In this document: positions 13,101 through 25,146 of the stretch, piece by piece
Layout of the letters: each line of letters starts with the position of its first letter
How positions within the stretch are numbered: the stretch's first letter is position 1
Assembly: GCA_003568945.1 (NCBI GenBank)
Contig: BDIP01000010.1
Span: forward strand, 1-49,897
Length of the DNA stretch: 49,897 bases
Direction: 5' to 3'
Origin: Kipferlia bialata
Lineage: Eukaryota
Position numbers and translations under genes: made by a program
The notes under the pieces: generated by a model
Database searches by the model: none
What the model saw: only the letters and a program-made list of their open reading frames with translations
Told to the model about the DNA's origin: nothing

Positions 13101-16100
13101 TCTGTGTGTCTTGCTATTTCATAACATATTCTTGGGTGGCCTGCACAGCTGACACAGGTGCCTACCGGTGTGTCATGCGGGACAGGCTCCTGAGTCTGTC
13201 TAAGCAGCTGGAGACTCAGAGGGAGAGGCGCAAACAGCTGCATCTCTTGGTGGAGGACATGAAGGGTACATATTCTGGATATTGTGTATTGCATGTGTGG
13301 GCGAGTGTGTCGATGTGGGCGATATGAGGATTGTACTGTATTATATCCATCGCCCATACCATGAGGAGTGGGTTTTGTATGTACAAGTCCTCATATACTG
13401 GGGCTATATGAGCACGCTGTACCATCTTCCACACACACTGTCTGTACGGTATTGGCACTGATCCTCCTCACTCTAGGGAATATCAGGGTCATTGTGAGAC
13501 AGCGCCCGATGCTCCAGAATGAGAGAAGACCCACTCAGGTATAGATGTGGACTATATACATGTGTGGGTCTTTGGGCATTGTACTAAGTGGGTATATGTA
13601 TGGATATCCAACCCCTCACTCTCAGGCTGTCGGTGTGCAATCCGTAGAGGACATCAGACTCGGGGAAGGTATCAGTACACAGTAGAAAGGGGTCTTGGAA
13701 TGTGTTACGTCTGAACCCAGCATATGCATATATGGGATAGATGTGTATACATATGTCTGCCTCCCTGACCCCTAGAGACAGTGACGCTGGTGGGGAATGC
13801 CGGGGACGAGAAGGCTCTCTCCTTCTACAAGGTGAGTATCAGTATTATGCATAAGAAGCGGGGGCATATTGGTCATGAAGTATATAGAGATTTGTTATCG
13901 GATACCTCTTTCGGTATGGGGTGTTGTATATATCGATGTACTTTCAGTCTAATATACTAAGAAGTATGCCCTAATTCCAGGTCCTTGGTCCCCAGGCCCG
14001 TCAGAGCCATGTCTACAACTACGTGGGTGGGTGTATCAGTGTCACTATCTGTGTGGATTGCAGAATTCTGTTGAGTATACATTCTATAGATGAGTGCCTC
14101 ACAGCCAGAGGGTGTGATCCGGTCCGTGCTTGATGGATACAACGTATGTCTGCTCTGCTACGGACAGACTGGCAGCGGCAAGACATACACCATCCTGGGC
14201 GAGGAAGACTCGTTGAGACGGGGGATGGGGGGAGAGAGTGAGGCAGAGAGCAGCATCTCAGGTATAGTACACACACTCTATGCGCAGGCTAGAGGGTTGT
14301 TAGGGGGCATAAGTACTAATGCGTGTATGGCTCATATCTAAATTGTAGTGCAGGTTGACTGATAGACGGGACTAGATAGAAGCATCCCTCCACTCCTACT
14401 CTCACCCTAGGACTTGGAATAGTGCCCAGGGCCCTGCGTCACATATACCAGCATGTCGCTCTTGCCGTGACACCTTGTGCCCTGTCGCCTACTAGGGATG
14501 GGGAGAGGGGCATGGGGGGGCAGGTCAGACGGGAGAGAGAGAGGGAGAGAGGCACTAGGACCGGGGGTGTCAGGATTGAGCTGGCCATTGTGGAGCTGTA
14601 CTGCAACCACCTGATAGACCTGACAGACGACACAAAGGGGGGGAGGGAGAGAGACCTCAAGATCAGGCAGACCCCGGACGGGGGGACATACGTCGAGGGT
14701 GAGGTCGATGGAGTGTATATACTATTTGGGATTTTCGTACACATATATTGATATATTGACGGTATGTGTGGGTTCTACATATGTACTAGTGAGTCTGTCA
14801 CAGACTATCCTCCACATCTTGACCCCTTTGACTCTAGGATTGACCTGGGTGCACTGTCCAACATACACTCAGTGCGTGGCTCAAGTGGAGAAGGTAATTG
14901 TAGTCATGGTGCATGTGTTCCTGAGTCTGTGGGGGGGTAGCTGTTATTGTAGTTTGTGGAACTCCGGTATTCCCACCCCATTCATGGTAGCGTAGTTGTA
15001 TTTGGTATCGGATTGCTTATTGGATACGTACACTCTGTCTGTGTTGCTCACCCTTTCCAAGCGTTCCTGCTAAAGTGTATTCTATTGATTGGGGACTACT
15101 TCTGTATCCCTGTGTACCACCGGCTGACACTGATATTGACCCCAGGGCCTAGCCAAGAGACACATTGCATCCACTAGGGCTAACTCAGTGAGCAGCAGGA
15201 GCCACACCATCATATACCTCAGCGTTAAGAGGGTGCAAGTCAAGGTAAGAAGAGAGCGGATGTGTATCTGTGTTGTAAATATCAACAGTGTAGTCTCCTT
15301 TATCAGTGTGGGCTAGCGTATTCTATCTCTCTCTCAATTACAAGTATATATATCCATTGACTCTGCTGACTCTCAGAATGGCGTGGAGAGAGAGACCACT
15401 GCACTCTGCACCTTTGTGGACTTGGCAGGTGGGTGTATGTGTACAGTTGTACAGTTGTCCATTGTGGTGTTGCAGGGACGGGGATGATCGGAAAAGTAAT
15501 CGTATATATAATGGATTGGCCGACGTGTTGTTGGATGTATTCTGCTGCATTTTGTTCTTGTTGGATTGTGTCCCGAATCCAACCCATATCTTAATCAATG
15601 TTTACACATCTACGTATCGCCGACGCCTCTCAATCTTTTAATATCAGGGAGCGAGCGCATCTCTCGCAGTAGAAGCAGTGGACAGAGGCTGCAAGAGGTA
15701 CCTGAGTATTGTATATATATCGATGGTTATTCTTCTGCATACATACCATTTCTTGATGTTTATCAGTATACAGACATGGATACGCACCTGACCCATATCA
15801 TCCTGTGCCCCCCCCCCCCCCTCTGACCCCTAGGCCCAGTTCATTAACTCCTCTCTCTCTGCCCTCGGAGACTGTATCCACGCCCTATCCAGACAGGGTA
15901 TATCCAGCCAGAAGGTAGGACAGGGAGTAATGGTATGGTTTGTATTGTGGATATACATATATCCAGTCGGAAGATACGAGAGGATGTATCCAGTTAGATG
16001 TTTTGGAAGACACTCTATTGATGTGGGTGGGTATCTATGGTGGATGCTTCATGTGTTGTTCCGTTCTGCCCCTGTTCTCACCACCCATTAACCACCCATT

Positions 16101-16607
16101 AACCACCCATTAACCACCCAGGGCTCCCGGGTTGATAGATCAGTGTCTGACAGAACCGACAGGCCGAAGGAGTTCATTCCCTTCAGGAATAGCAGGTGTA
16201 TCTATTCATACTTTTCCAGTCTTTTGTGATTTGGCCATATGAGTCTATCTCTCGAGGCACATGGTTTATGTTGGTTAGTGCCAGTTGTCACATCTGGGTG
16301 TGTCTGTATGCCTAACCCCTAGACTCACCATGCTGCTGAAGCCCTGCCTCCACAACAACTCCAAGACGGTGCTCTTTGCGTGCCTCAGTCCCCACCGAGA
16401 GTGCATGAGTGAGACCACGTCCACCCTCGGATTTGCTAGTAGGTATTGCGCTGTGGTATGTAATTATGGGACATGAATCGTGTATATACTCAGCACACTG
16501 GTATATTATGTGACTTGGTTCCGGTGTCTAACTTTATCAGAGTACGGCTTGTTCGCAACGTGCCCATCCCCAATGCCAATGAGAATCTGTTTGGACAGAA
16601 TGACTAG
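10141..16607 (+). CDS. Kinesin-14 family (C-terminal motor) protein
   Basis: Disordered N-terminus and coiled coil, then neck LVEDMK|GNIRVIVRQRP, P-loop DGYNVCLLCYGQTGSGKTYT, switch I NSVSSRSHTI, switch II VDLAG|SER, INSSLSALGDCIHAL, IPFRNSRLTMLL, ETTSTLGFASR. Confidence 0.93.
16079..16120 (+). repeat. Intronic 11-bp tandem repeat (ccacccattaa) x about 3.6 ending at an acceptor
   Basis: Read directly; the last copy ends in accacccag. Confidence 0.9.
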
Positions 16608-18581
16608 GCTGTGTCGGTGCCCGGTGCTAACATATGCATATGCTTATCAACTCATAGCAAAATCAGGAGAATCGGGTGATGGACATCATAGATTGTATCA
16701 ATTCTGTTGTGATGATGGCTTTGATTCTGAATATTCCTTGTCAAGTGCTCCTGTTATCCTGTAATGGAAAACGGTATCAGGTGTACCTCAATAGAAGCAG
16801 TGTTGGATATGGGTGTCATTCATAGTGTGAATTTCACACTGTCAGACTCTGAGTTGATAGTGATACCAGACTGATAATTCCAGTCATAAATCATGACTCA
16901 TAATGCCCGTCTCAATACGTATGCTTCAGTAACTCAGTCTGACTCAGACTCTGAGTATGATGTTTGAAGTAAGATTCTGACGGTCAATACGTAAGTCATG
17001 GAATAGTAACTGAGTAACTGTAACTCAGTGATCGGCACGAATACACAAATGTCACATATGATATGGGTCTCTTCTACATATTGTATGTTGACTTCAGCGT
17101 GAAATCTTCAGGTATTGCGGCCTACAAGTTGTTGCCCAACTCGGCTCTCCCATAAACGATGAATGAGACAAGACTCTTGACAAGAGTCTCTGTTACAAGA
17201 GCACAACTTGTAACTGGCAAATGGTTGATGATAACGAATTGTCTATAGCATAGACGGTAATTGTATAGACATCATACTGACACTTACCCCTCTTCTCAAA
17301 TACTGCCATGGACCGTGGTATATGGTGGGCTACCATTGGTAGCGCATAACGCTCACACTGCTGTCTGACGATGTCTGATTCAGACTTTCAGACTCTGAAA
17401 GTTTCAGACTGGAATGACTAGCATACAGCTATCGCACAATCAATGAATTTGATATGTATCTGCAACAGAATCTTGCAGATTTACTACTGACATATCTACT
17501 CTGTAGCATACACTCTAGGGTCCACAAAGAGTAAGGGGCCGCTAACCGAAAGACCCTGTTGGACAATGGGTTCCTGACTGGAACTTCCAGTTCGGAGAAA
17601 TAGTTATTGTTCATTACACAAAAATCATGTGTTCAGTTCATTATATGTTCAAATCACAATGTTTATAGGCCTGTTCGTAGAGATTTTCGACTCGACGCGG
17701 TGTATTTGGGTCTCTGGTCCAACATTGTTGGATGATCCAACTGATGCTGTCAATCATTGACCCTAGGACTCACTAATATTCCTGAGAAGTTCTCAGTGAG
17801 AATAGCATTCACGAATGAGCTGACTTGGTATGGGAGTCCCATAATGGGACACAATGAATAGTTTCAACTTCTCTTTGTTTCCAACACGGTTACAGTGTCG
17901 GGGAGACATGAGTCTGCCAGGGTGGCCCAAACAACTACTAGGTCCTATTACACAGCGTGATTTTCCACTTGACTCAAGCCTTGACGCCTTCACATATACT
18001 ATATGTGACATATAGACTATATGATACAATTCCCCACTTTCGTTGTGAACATTTGGTAGTGTACATCAGGTATTCATATCTGTAAATACGATTACAACTG
18101 TCTCATTGTATCGTAATGACAGATTGACTGAGGGCACAATAGTGTACACATTTATAACACACAGACGCCAACATCACTCCCACTGTTGCTGTCACTGTGG
18201 GACCGAGCACTAGGGTCACCGACACTATCAGTGACCAATCCCTTGCCCATCAACAGCATGTACAACCCATTCCAAAACGCAAACGACCGATGGGTGAGAC
18301 CACCCCAGGGTCTACTAGAGTCTACTAGAGTCTACTTGAACATGTCTGCATAGTAGTCAGAGGGTAGGCTCCGCTCCACAAACTGGCCTCTGTACTCGGT
18401 GTTGACAGCAAAGTCTCTGGCGTGAGGCATGAATAGTATCAGTGTCACACAAAGTCAGTATATGGTTGCGTATAAGTGCTGACACTGAGTGTTGACCGGC
18501 AAGAACCATTGAGTACAGCCACTCATTCAGTCATCGGTACAACTCATAGTTACACCATCAAATATGAATACACAGAACTCT

Positions 18582-20026
18582 TCACCCCCACCTTGTGTCC
18601 CCCAGGGTGAAATGGGCATTGGAATCAGGCTTGGTAGCCTAGGGGTGAGACGTTATGTACAATAAATGTGAGGGGGAAAAGGATGTTGGGAGAAGTCGTA
18701 TGAATGTATGGAATGAGAGTGAGGGTCTGTCATACTGAGAATTAGTATTCATACCTTGACTGCGGTGTCCCCTATGGAATGCTGCTGGAAGTCTGCCATA
18801 TTGACTGTCCGGAACCTTAGGGTGAGACAGGGTATGGACTCACTGTCACGGTCATGAACTACAAACCAACGATCAGTCCGAGTATGAGTGGGTATCAAAA
18901 AGTTGACCGAGCCATCTGCGTCGCCTGACCTGTCTCTCTCTCTAGATACTGACCTGTCTCCCTCCCTGGCCTGCGCCTGACTGGACCCCGACCCGGCTGT
19001 ACCAACAGCAACAGCACTACCTAGAGGGTCAGAGGGAGTATAGATACATTTAAATACTATGTATATACGTATACATATATAGATAGTATGCATGCTAGAC
19101 CGTAAGTAGGAGAGTGTGCTAATTAATACATAGCGATATATATAGAATGCAAACATATATGAATATGTTGGCTGTCAGCCATGTGAGTGAAGGGACGATG
19201 GATTACACAATGATAGATCCCTGCTCCCTCTTACTATCACATCTCTCAAAGAGTGCATTCACACCACCCCATCTACCCGTACCTGCCCCTGTCCCGCCTG
19301 GCACAATCATGGTGCCCCTGGCCTGCACACCTGCCTCATTGGAGTGTACGCTGATGGTGGGAGAGAGAGAGAGAGAGAGACCTGGCAATACATGGACACA
19401 GATATCAATGAACCTGTACATCCTCTGTGCCGTTGTCTGCATCTTCTCCTGGGAGAGAGGGAAAGAGAGGTGGGACTCACGAAGAGACTGGTGGTGAGTG
19501 GCAGTTACACGTATCAGGGTAGAATGGGGCGATACACACCCACATCCACATAGGCACCTATGTGTATGTCTACAATATACAACATGCTGCACCTGTGTGT
19601 GTGGTCTCTCTGGCGCTGTGAACTGTCTGTCCACAAAGGTGGACGCATACTGGCTGGTGGGATAGGGAATGGGTGGTGCAGGGCCACCACCCTGGGGTCA
19701 GAGGGAGAGGGAAATCATCAGTCAGCCTGCAGATCCTACACCATAACTGGCCGCCCCACCTGTGTCCTCTCCTGGCCGAGACTGAAGTGGGTCTGGCGCA
19801 GGTTGGGGTCGGTGGGGGTCGGGGCAGTCCTGGGGGTGAGGATACAGATATACCCACACACATCTATACCTGTATATATACTCACTCATACACACACACC
19901 TGGGTGCGTTGGCTGCCTCTGAGGCCATGGCGGTATACTCAGTCTGGGTGGTCATGGTCCTGTCGTTGGCCACGACCCTCGACGCAGTGCCTGAGGCCTC
20001 GGGTCTGACTGTCAGGGGGGATATAC

Positions 20027-20059
<33 letters not shown>

Positions 20060-20487
20060 TAGAGAGAGAGAATGCGTATCAATAGAGAGAGGGGTTCAAG
20101 AGAGTTCTGATACCTAATCATATGACTGGGTCTCCACTTGATGTCACCACTAGTGTCTACAATGATAGAACTATGGTACGTACCATAGAAGAGTATTATA
20201 AGAATTAGTGCACCATCCATACTCTGACACCTGATCATCTGGCTGGGTCTGCCGTTGGTCTCGACATACTGTCTCTGGGCCTCAGACCTGGGGTTATAAT
20301 TCACAATGAACACATATGTCAACCCGCTATCCATACTGATACATAGATGTGGATATACCTGTATGCATCCATGTCGATAGATGTGTGTATATAGTATATA
20401 CTCGACTATATCGAATATGCTATATAGTATATACCTGTATGCATCCAGGTCGGGTGGGGCTGTGGACACGGTGAGAGAGCTGGACCT
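18582..20487 (-). CDS. Repeat protein resembling SAXO/TEX45-type microtubule inner proteins; 5'-truncated
   Basis: Many short exons with recurring motifs THFSLG, NAHFTLGD, ESHLSF and Mn-like TTAQRMY, TTQTEY, TVNMADF, SEAQRQY; no clear start before the poly-G at 20625. Confidence 0.4.
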
Positions 20488-20672
20488 GGGGGGTAGGACA
20501 TGTCTATGGATAGAAATGTAGGTGTATGTATGTATGCGAGTTGTCAAACACTTCCCTGCTCACAACACGGGGAGAGATCATCGGGACCAGACACATAGAT
20601 GTAGATATATAGATCGGGACGAAAGGGGGGGGGGGGGGGGGTGGAAGGATACGTCTTTGATACACTGTCCAG

Positions 20673-23209
20673 CTCCACCAGCCAGGCACCAGGAAGAGAT
20701 ACTACAAGTTCTACTTCGACCACAGCCCATCCTCAGACGACATGGACACAAGGGTGGCAGGTGGGTACACATATCTGTGTATATATCTAAGTCTCTATGC
20801 ATGTACTTCTCCTGATGACCACTCTGACCTCCAGGCATCTGCCAGCACTACATTGATGGTCTGAGATGGGTCCTCAAGTACTACTACGTGGGCTGCACGG
20901 ACTGGGGCTGGTGCTACCCTGAGCACTACGCACCTATGATCACAGACATCGCTAGGTATATATGTATGTGTATGTGTATATATGCTGCATACTGACATGT
21001 CCAGGTGTGTCCCCGCTGAGTCCAAGTTTGACCACGACTCCCAGCCCTTCCCCCCCTATGCCCAGCTGCTGGGTGTGCTACCCCCCTCCTCTGCTGGGGC
21101 CCTCCCCCTGCCCCTGCAGTCACTGCTCAGGGACAAGGACAGTCCACTGGCAGCCATATACCCAAGGTGGGTGGTGACCATTGTGGTAGAGTATCCGATC
21201 GCTATATACCATCCCCCCCTCCCCCCTTCTAACCCCTAGGCACTTCACCCTGGATATGGTTGGCAAGAGGAGAGAGTGGCAGGCCGTGGCCAGGCTGCCC
21301 CTCATCACAGGCAAGGATGGGCACTATCTCTCCATACATCTACGCACCGCACTAGACCCCCCCCCCCTCTTTCACATTTTCTCTTTTAATCAATCTCCCT
21401 CACCCCCAGATGGCTCTGTCATCACTAGGGAGCTCGACAAGAGATGGGCTGAGGTGGCAGACCAGCTCACAGAGGTGGGGGTCTATATCATATGTATATA
21501 CACAGTCAATAGTGTACTGTGTCTGACCCTCAGGACGACCACCACCGCAACACCCTGACCTGCCCCATGGTCTATGTCAACATGGACGGGACGGCCATGG
21601 TGTCACAGTACGGGGACGCAGCTCCAGCGGTACGCACACTATATGTATAGTATATTAGTATGTATACCCTGACCCCCAGGTGCAGCAGGCTGCCCTCAAG
21701 AAGGGCATGTCTCCTGAGGACATGGTGCCCAAGGCAGGCCACGTCACATTCGAGACTGCCAGTATTCAGGTGGGGACATGTTTAGAGTAGACAAAGCGAG
21801 AGTGCCATTGTTTAGAAGTGTATACTCTCTCTCACCCCCCAGGGAGATGTGATGGCCCCTCCCGAGTACCTGTGCTCCCCCCTGATGCAGTCCATACCTG
21901 TGGTGTACAAGCCATGCGTAGACGAGTACGGAATCTACTATATTCTCCCTGTATCGGTATATTGACATATTGTACGTTGTATTCACCCCCAGGCCCGTTG
22001 GCCTCAACAAGGCGGTGACCGTTGGGTTTGAGTGTGACAGGCTGTCTGTCGATGCCCAGCACCTCAACGGCCTGCCCATCCTATACACACTCCTCCCTGG
22101 TGCGCACACATTGTACTCTCTCTCTCTCTCTATGTATTTATCCACCCCCCCTTGCCCACCCCAGGTGCCTCTGGCCCCGAGCCTCCTGTGGTTGACCAGA
22201 TGGAGTGGGAGCGGCTGGGAGGCAAGAGAAAGGAGCAGTCTGACTTCCTCGAGGACTTTGGCCTCAACAGGTGTGGTATCTTTATATATACTTCTACACG
22301 ATATAGTGCGACCTGCCCTCTGACTCTGCTAACAGTCAGGAGAGGCTTTGGCGGCAGAGGATACCACCAGCAGGGAGGCCGGGGTGGATTTAGAGGAGGG
22401 AGAGGCGGCAGAGGCGGGTTCCAGGGCCAGAGGGGCGGCAGGGGAGGCTACCAGCAGAGACAGGCACCTGGGATGGGGGCCAGACAGCAGTTCCAGCAGC
22501 AACTAGGTACAGGAGACACACACTCTATTTGCTCTCTTCATTGTTGACACTTCTTGCTTTACCTTGCATGTGTCTCTTATTCTCACCTGTAGGTGCTGGT
22601 CTTGTGCCGGGCCAGGCCCCCTCCCATGCCCCTGGGCAGAGGGGGTACCAGGGGGGGCAGGGACAGAGGCAGGGAGGGTACCAGCAGCAGGGCTACCAGC
22701 AGGTTGGTATATATCAGTACACACATATAGCTTACTCTATCCTGTCTCTGACATCCAGCAGCAGAGGTACCCCCAGCAGCAGAGGCAGTATCAGCCCCAG
22801 CAGCAGCAGGTACCCCACACCGTATATAGTGTCATACTCCTACCCCTCATGCCTTCTGCACTCTCTTTGCTTACCCCCCAGCACCGCCCCCAGTACCAGC
22901 AGAGGCCCCAGCAGTCCTACCAGGGCCAGGCCCCTGGGCAGAGGCCGGCCATCTTTGGGCAGGGCCAGTCCATGCAGGGGCAGGGGTACGGGCAGCAGCA
23001 GGTACTGGTCTTCATTCAGTGCATATGTTACCACGTCATTTTAGTCCCCCACCCTCAGTCCTCCCCCCCACCTCTCTGTCAGCTGTAAATATTCATATAC
23101 ATACTCTCACCCCAGGCCCCTGGCAGACAGCCCCAGATGGGGGACAGGAAGAAGAGGTATCAGGCAGACTGGTAGAGAGAGAGAGAGAGAGAGGGAGAGA
23201 GATGTCTAG
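20673..23209 (+). CDS. XRN-family 5'-3' exoribonuclease, C-terminal half only (XRN2/Rat1-like, with RGG and Q/Y-rich tail)
   Basis: RKRYYKFYF...HYIDGLRWVLKYYYVGCTDWGWCYPEHYAP, PFPPYAQLLGVLPPSSA, SPLAAIYP, LDMVGKRREWQAVARLP are conserved XRN helical-domain motifs; the N-terminal nuclease domain is absent upstream. Confidence 0.88.
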
Positions 23210-23465
23210 AAGAGGTTACCAGGCAGGCACTGATGCAGAGGTGTAGACTAGTTATTTTGACAGATATAGATGTGTGTACTCGCGCGGCACATATGATTGC
23301 AAGCAACCACAAATAGAATTCATTATTCATTCTTGTTGACAGTGACACACATTTATGAACACACAATACACACGAAACGGCTTGTAAACAAAGCTATAAC
23401 ACAAAACTACTATGGAACACTACACGATACTACACACCATCCTCCACCTCCCCCTCTCTCTCTGC

Positions 23466-24818
23466 CTACTGCACATCCCATCCGAGCTCTGCCTTGTGGG
23501 TACTGAACCAGACCCAGTTACAGAGCACGACGTCACTCAGTCCCACCTGGTCTAGCAGTGACTCGGCAGAAGGGTGGAAGCCATAGGCAAACACACAGAG
23601 ACCCGGCCCAAACATGCCTCTATATGAAGAGAGCTGGGCGAGGATGTCGCGCTCAAAGGTCTGGACCGACCCGTACGTGGCCTTGACTTCGACCCACCCG
23701 ACTGCCCTGCCGTCTATGAGCCTGGGTCTGTCGAATATGACATCCGGGGTGGCCATGGAGGCGACAAAGCGGAGGTCCGTCTCAGTGCGGAAGGGGACGC
23801 CACAGGGGAAGTGGGGGAGGGGGGTGGGGGAGGGGGAGGAGGGGTGAGGCGACCCTTCCCCTGTCTCGCTGCCTAGCACTGGTGCGTCTTCCCACTCCCC
23901 CACCCCACTGTCCACCTGTATCGTATCAGGGGGAGGGGCGCCACCTGTCTCCCCCTCCTCACCCTCTCTGAGACCCAGGCCCAGCAGGGTGTGTTGCACC
24001 CTGTACTCAAAGAGATTGCCGGCTAGGGCGCCAAGGTGGGGACTGTTGCCACTTCTGATGGAGCCCGAGTGCACATACGCTGTATCCAGACAGGCAAACA
24101 CAGCCTCCCTCTCTTCACTCACAGGCATCTTGGCCAGAGAGGCAGCTGCCGCACTGAAGTCGGCAGACAGCATGAGGGAGTCGAAGAAGACAGTCTGCCA
24201 CAGCCGGAGGCGCAGTATGCTTGAGTAGAGGTCAGCGGAGCGGGGCACCCTCTGCCTACCCCTCTCCTGCAGGGACAGCAGCAGTTTGCCCAGGTCGGAC
24301 ACAGCCTCAGGTCCCTCCCCCCTCTGCACCGCCTGACTGGCCCTGTCCCTGGCTCTCTCCCTGGCCATGCCGACCCGGCTGTCCGCCAGCTTCACCACAT
24401 CACACTCCAGGCCCTCTGCCGCCAGACCCACCGCACTCCACAGCTCGTGCTGGGGTCTCTTGGGTCTGCCCTGCGCATACCGCCTGGGCCGGTGGATGAA
24501 CCCAAAGTTGAAGAGGGATATGTACACAGAGAGAGAGAAGTCTGTGTCTGCACGGGAGAGCAGGGCACCCACCCTCTCCTCCACAAGCTCATCCACAGAG
24601 GTGTAGGGGGGGCGGGGGGCACGCGGCCTGGGCGCCCGACCGCGGGATCCCCGTCCCCCCTCCCCCCATGCACCACCCGCATCTCGCTGATTCCCCGCCC
24701 TCTCCTTGCCCTGGGGTGTCCTAGTTGGCTTGGGGGCCCTTGGCGGCAGTCTCTCCCGCTCATCTTCGCCAAATGATACACCCAGCGGCACTTGTATCCT
24801 GCGCCTGGATCCAGCCAT
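23466..24818 (-). CDS. CDIN1/C15orf41-like TPD-motif restriction-endonuclease-fold protein; intronless
   Basis: 450-aa ORF with GNLFE...TPDVIFDRPRLIDGRAVGWVEVKATYG...AQLSSYRGMFGPGLCVFAYGF, matching the TPD...W.E.K...Q..Y...FGPG signature. Confidence 0.8.
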   Translation of the reverse strand: MAGSRRRIQVPLGVSFGEDERERLPPRAPKPTRTPQGKERAGNQRDAGGAWGEGGRGSRGRAPRPRAPRPPYTSVDELVEERVGALLSRADTDFSLSVYISLFNFGFIHRPRRYAQGRPKRPQHELWSAVGLAAEGLECDVVKLADSRVGMARERARDRASQAVQRGEGPEAVSDLGKLLLSLQERGRQRVPRSADLYSSILRLRLWQTVFFDSLMLSADFSAAAASLAKMPVSEEREAVFACLDTAYVHSGSIRSGNSPHLGALAGNLFEYRVQHTLLGLGLREGEEGETGGAPPPDTIQVDSGVGEWEDAPVLGSETGEGSPHPSSPSPTPLPHFPCGVPFRTETDLRFVASMATPDVIFDRPRLIDGRAVGWVEVKATYGSVQTFERDILAQLSSYRGMFGPGLCVFAYGFHPSAESLLDQVGLSDVVLCNWVWFSTHKAELGWDVQ

Positions 24819-25146
24819 GCCCCATCAGGGTCAGGACAAGGCACTGGGTATGGTTCTGGAGGCACTTTAGAGAGTAGGGACCTGTGTGAAACAGGTTGAG
24901 ACCTTTAGGCTCAGACAAACTCAAAGGGCATATCATGTTGCACCATGGAAAAGAAGAAAAGAAGAACTGGGCCCCCAAGGCGGATAGGATGCTTAGATTT
25001 GTATGTGTGCGACCTATATGCGGTGTGAGGAATGGTATCATTCTTATACTTCTGAGGGTACAGATTGACTTCTCATTTCAGTTTACACAAGTTCAATACA
25101 CACACATCTTGGACTGGCTCCCATGCTAAACGACACTATCTATTCC

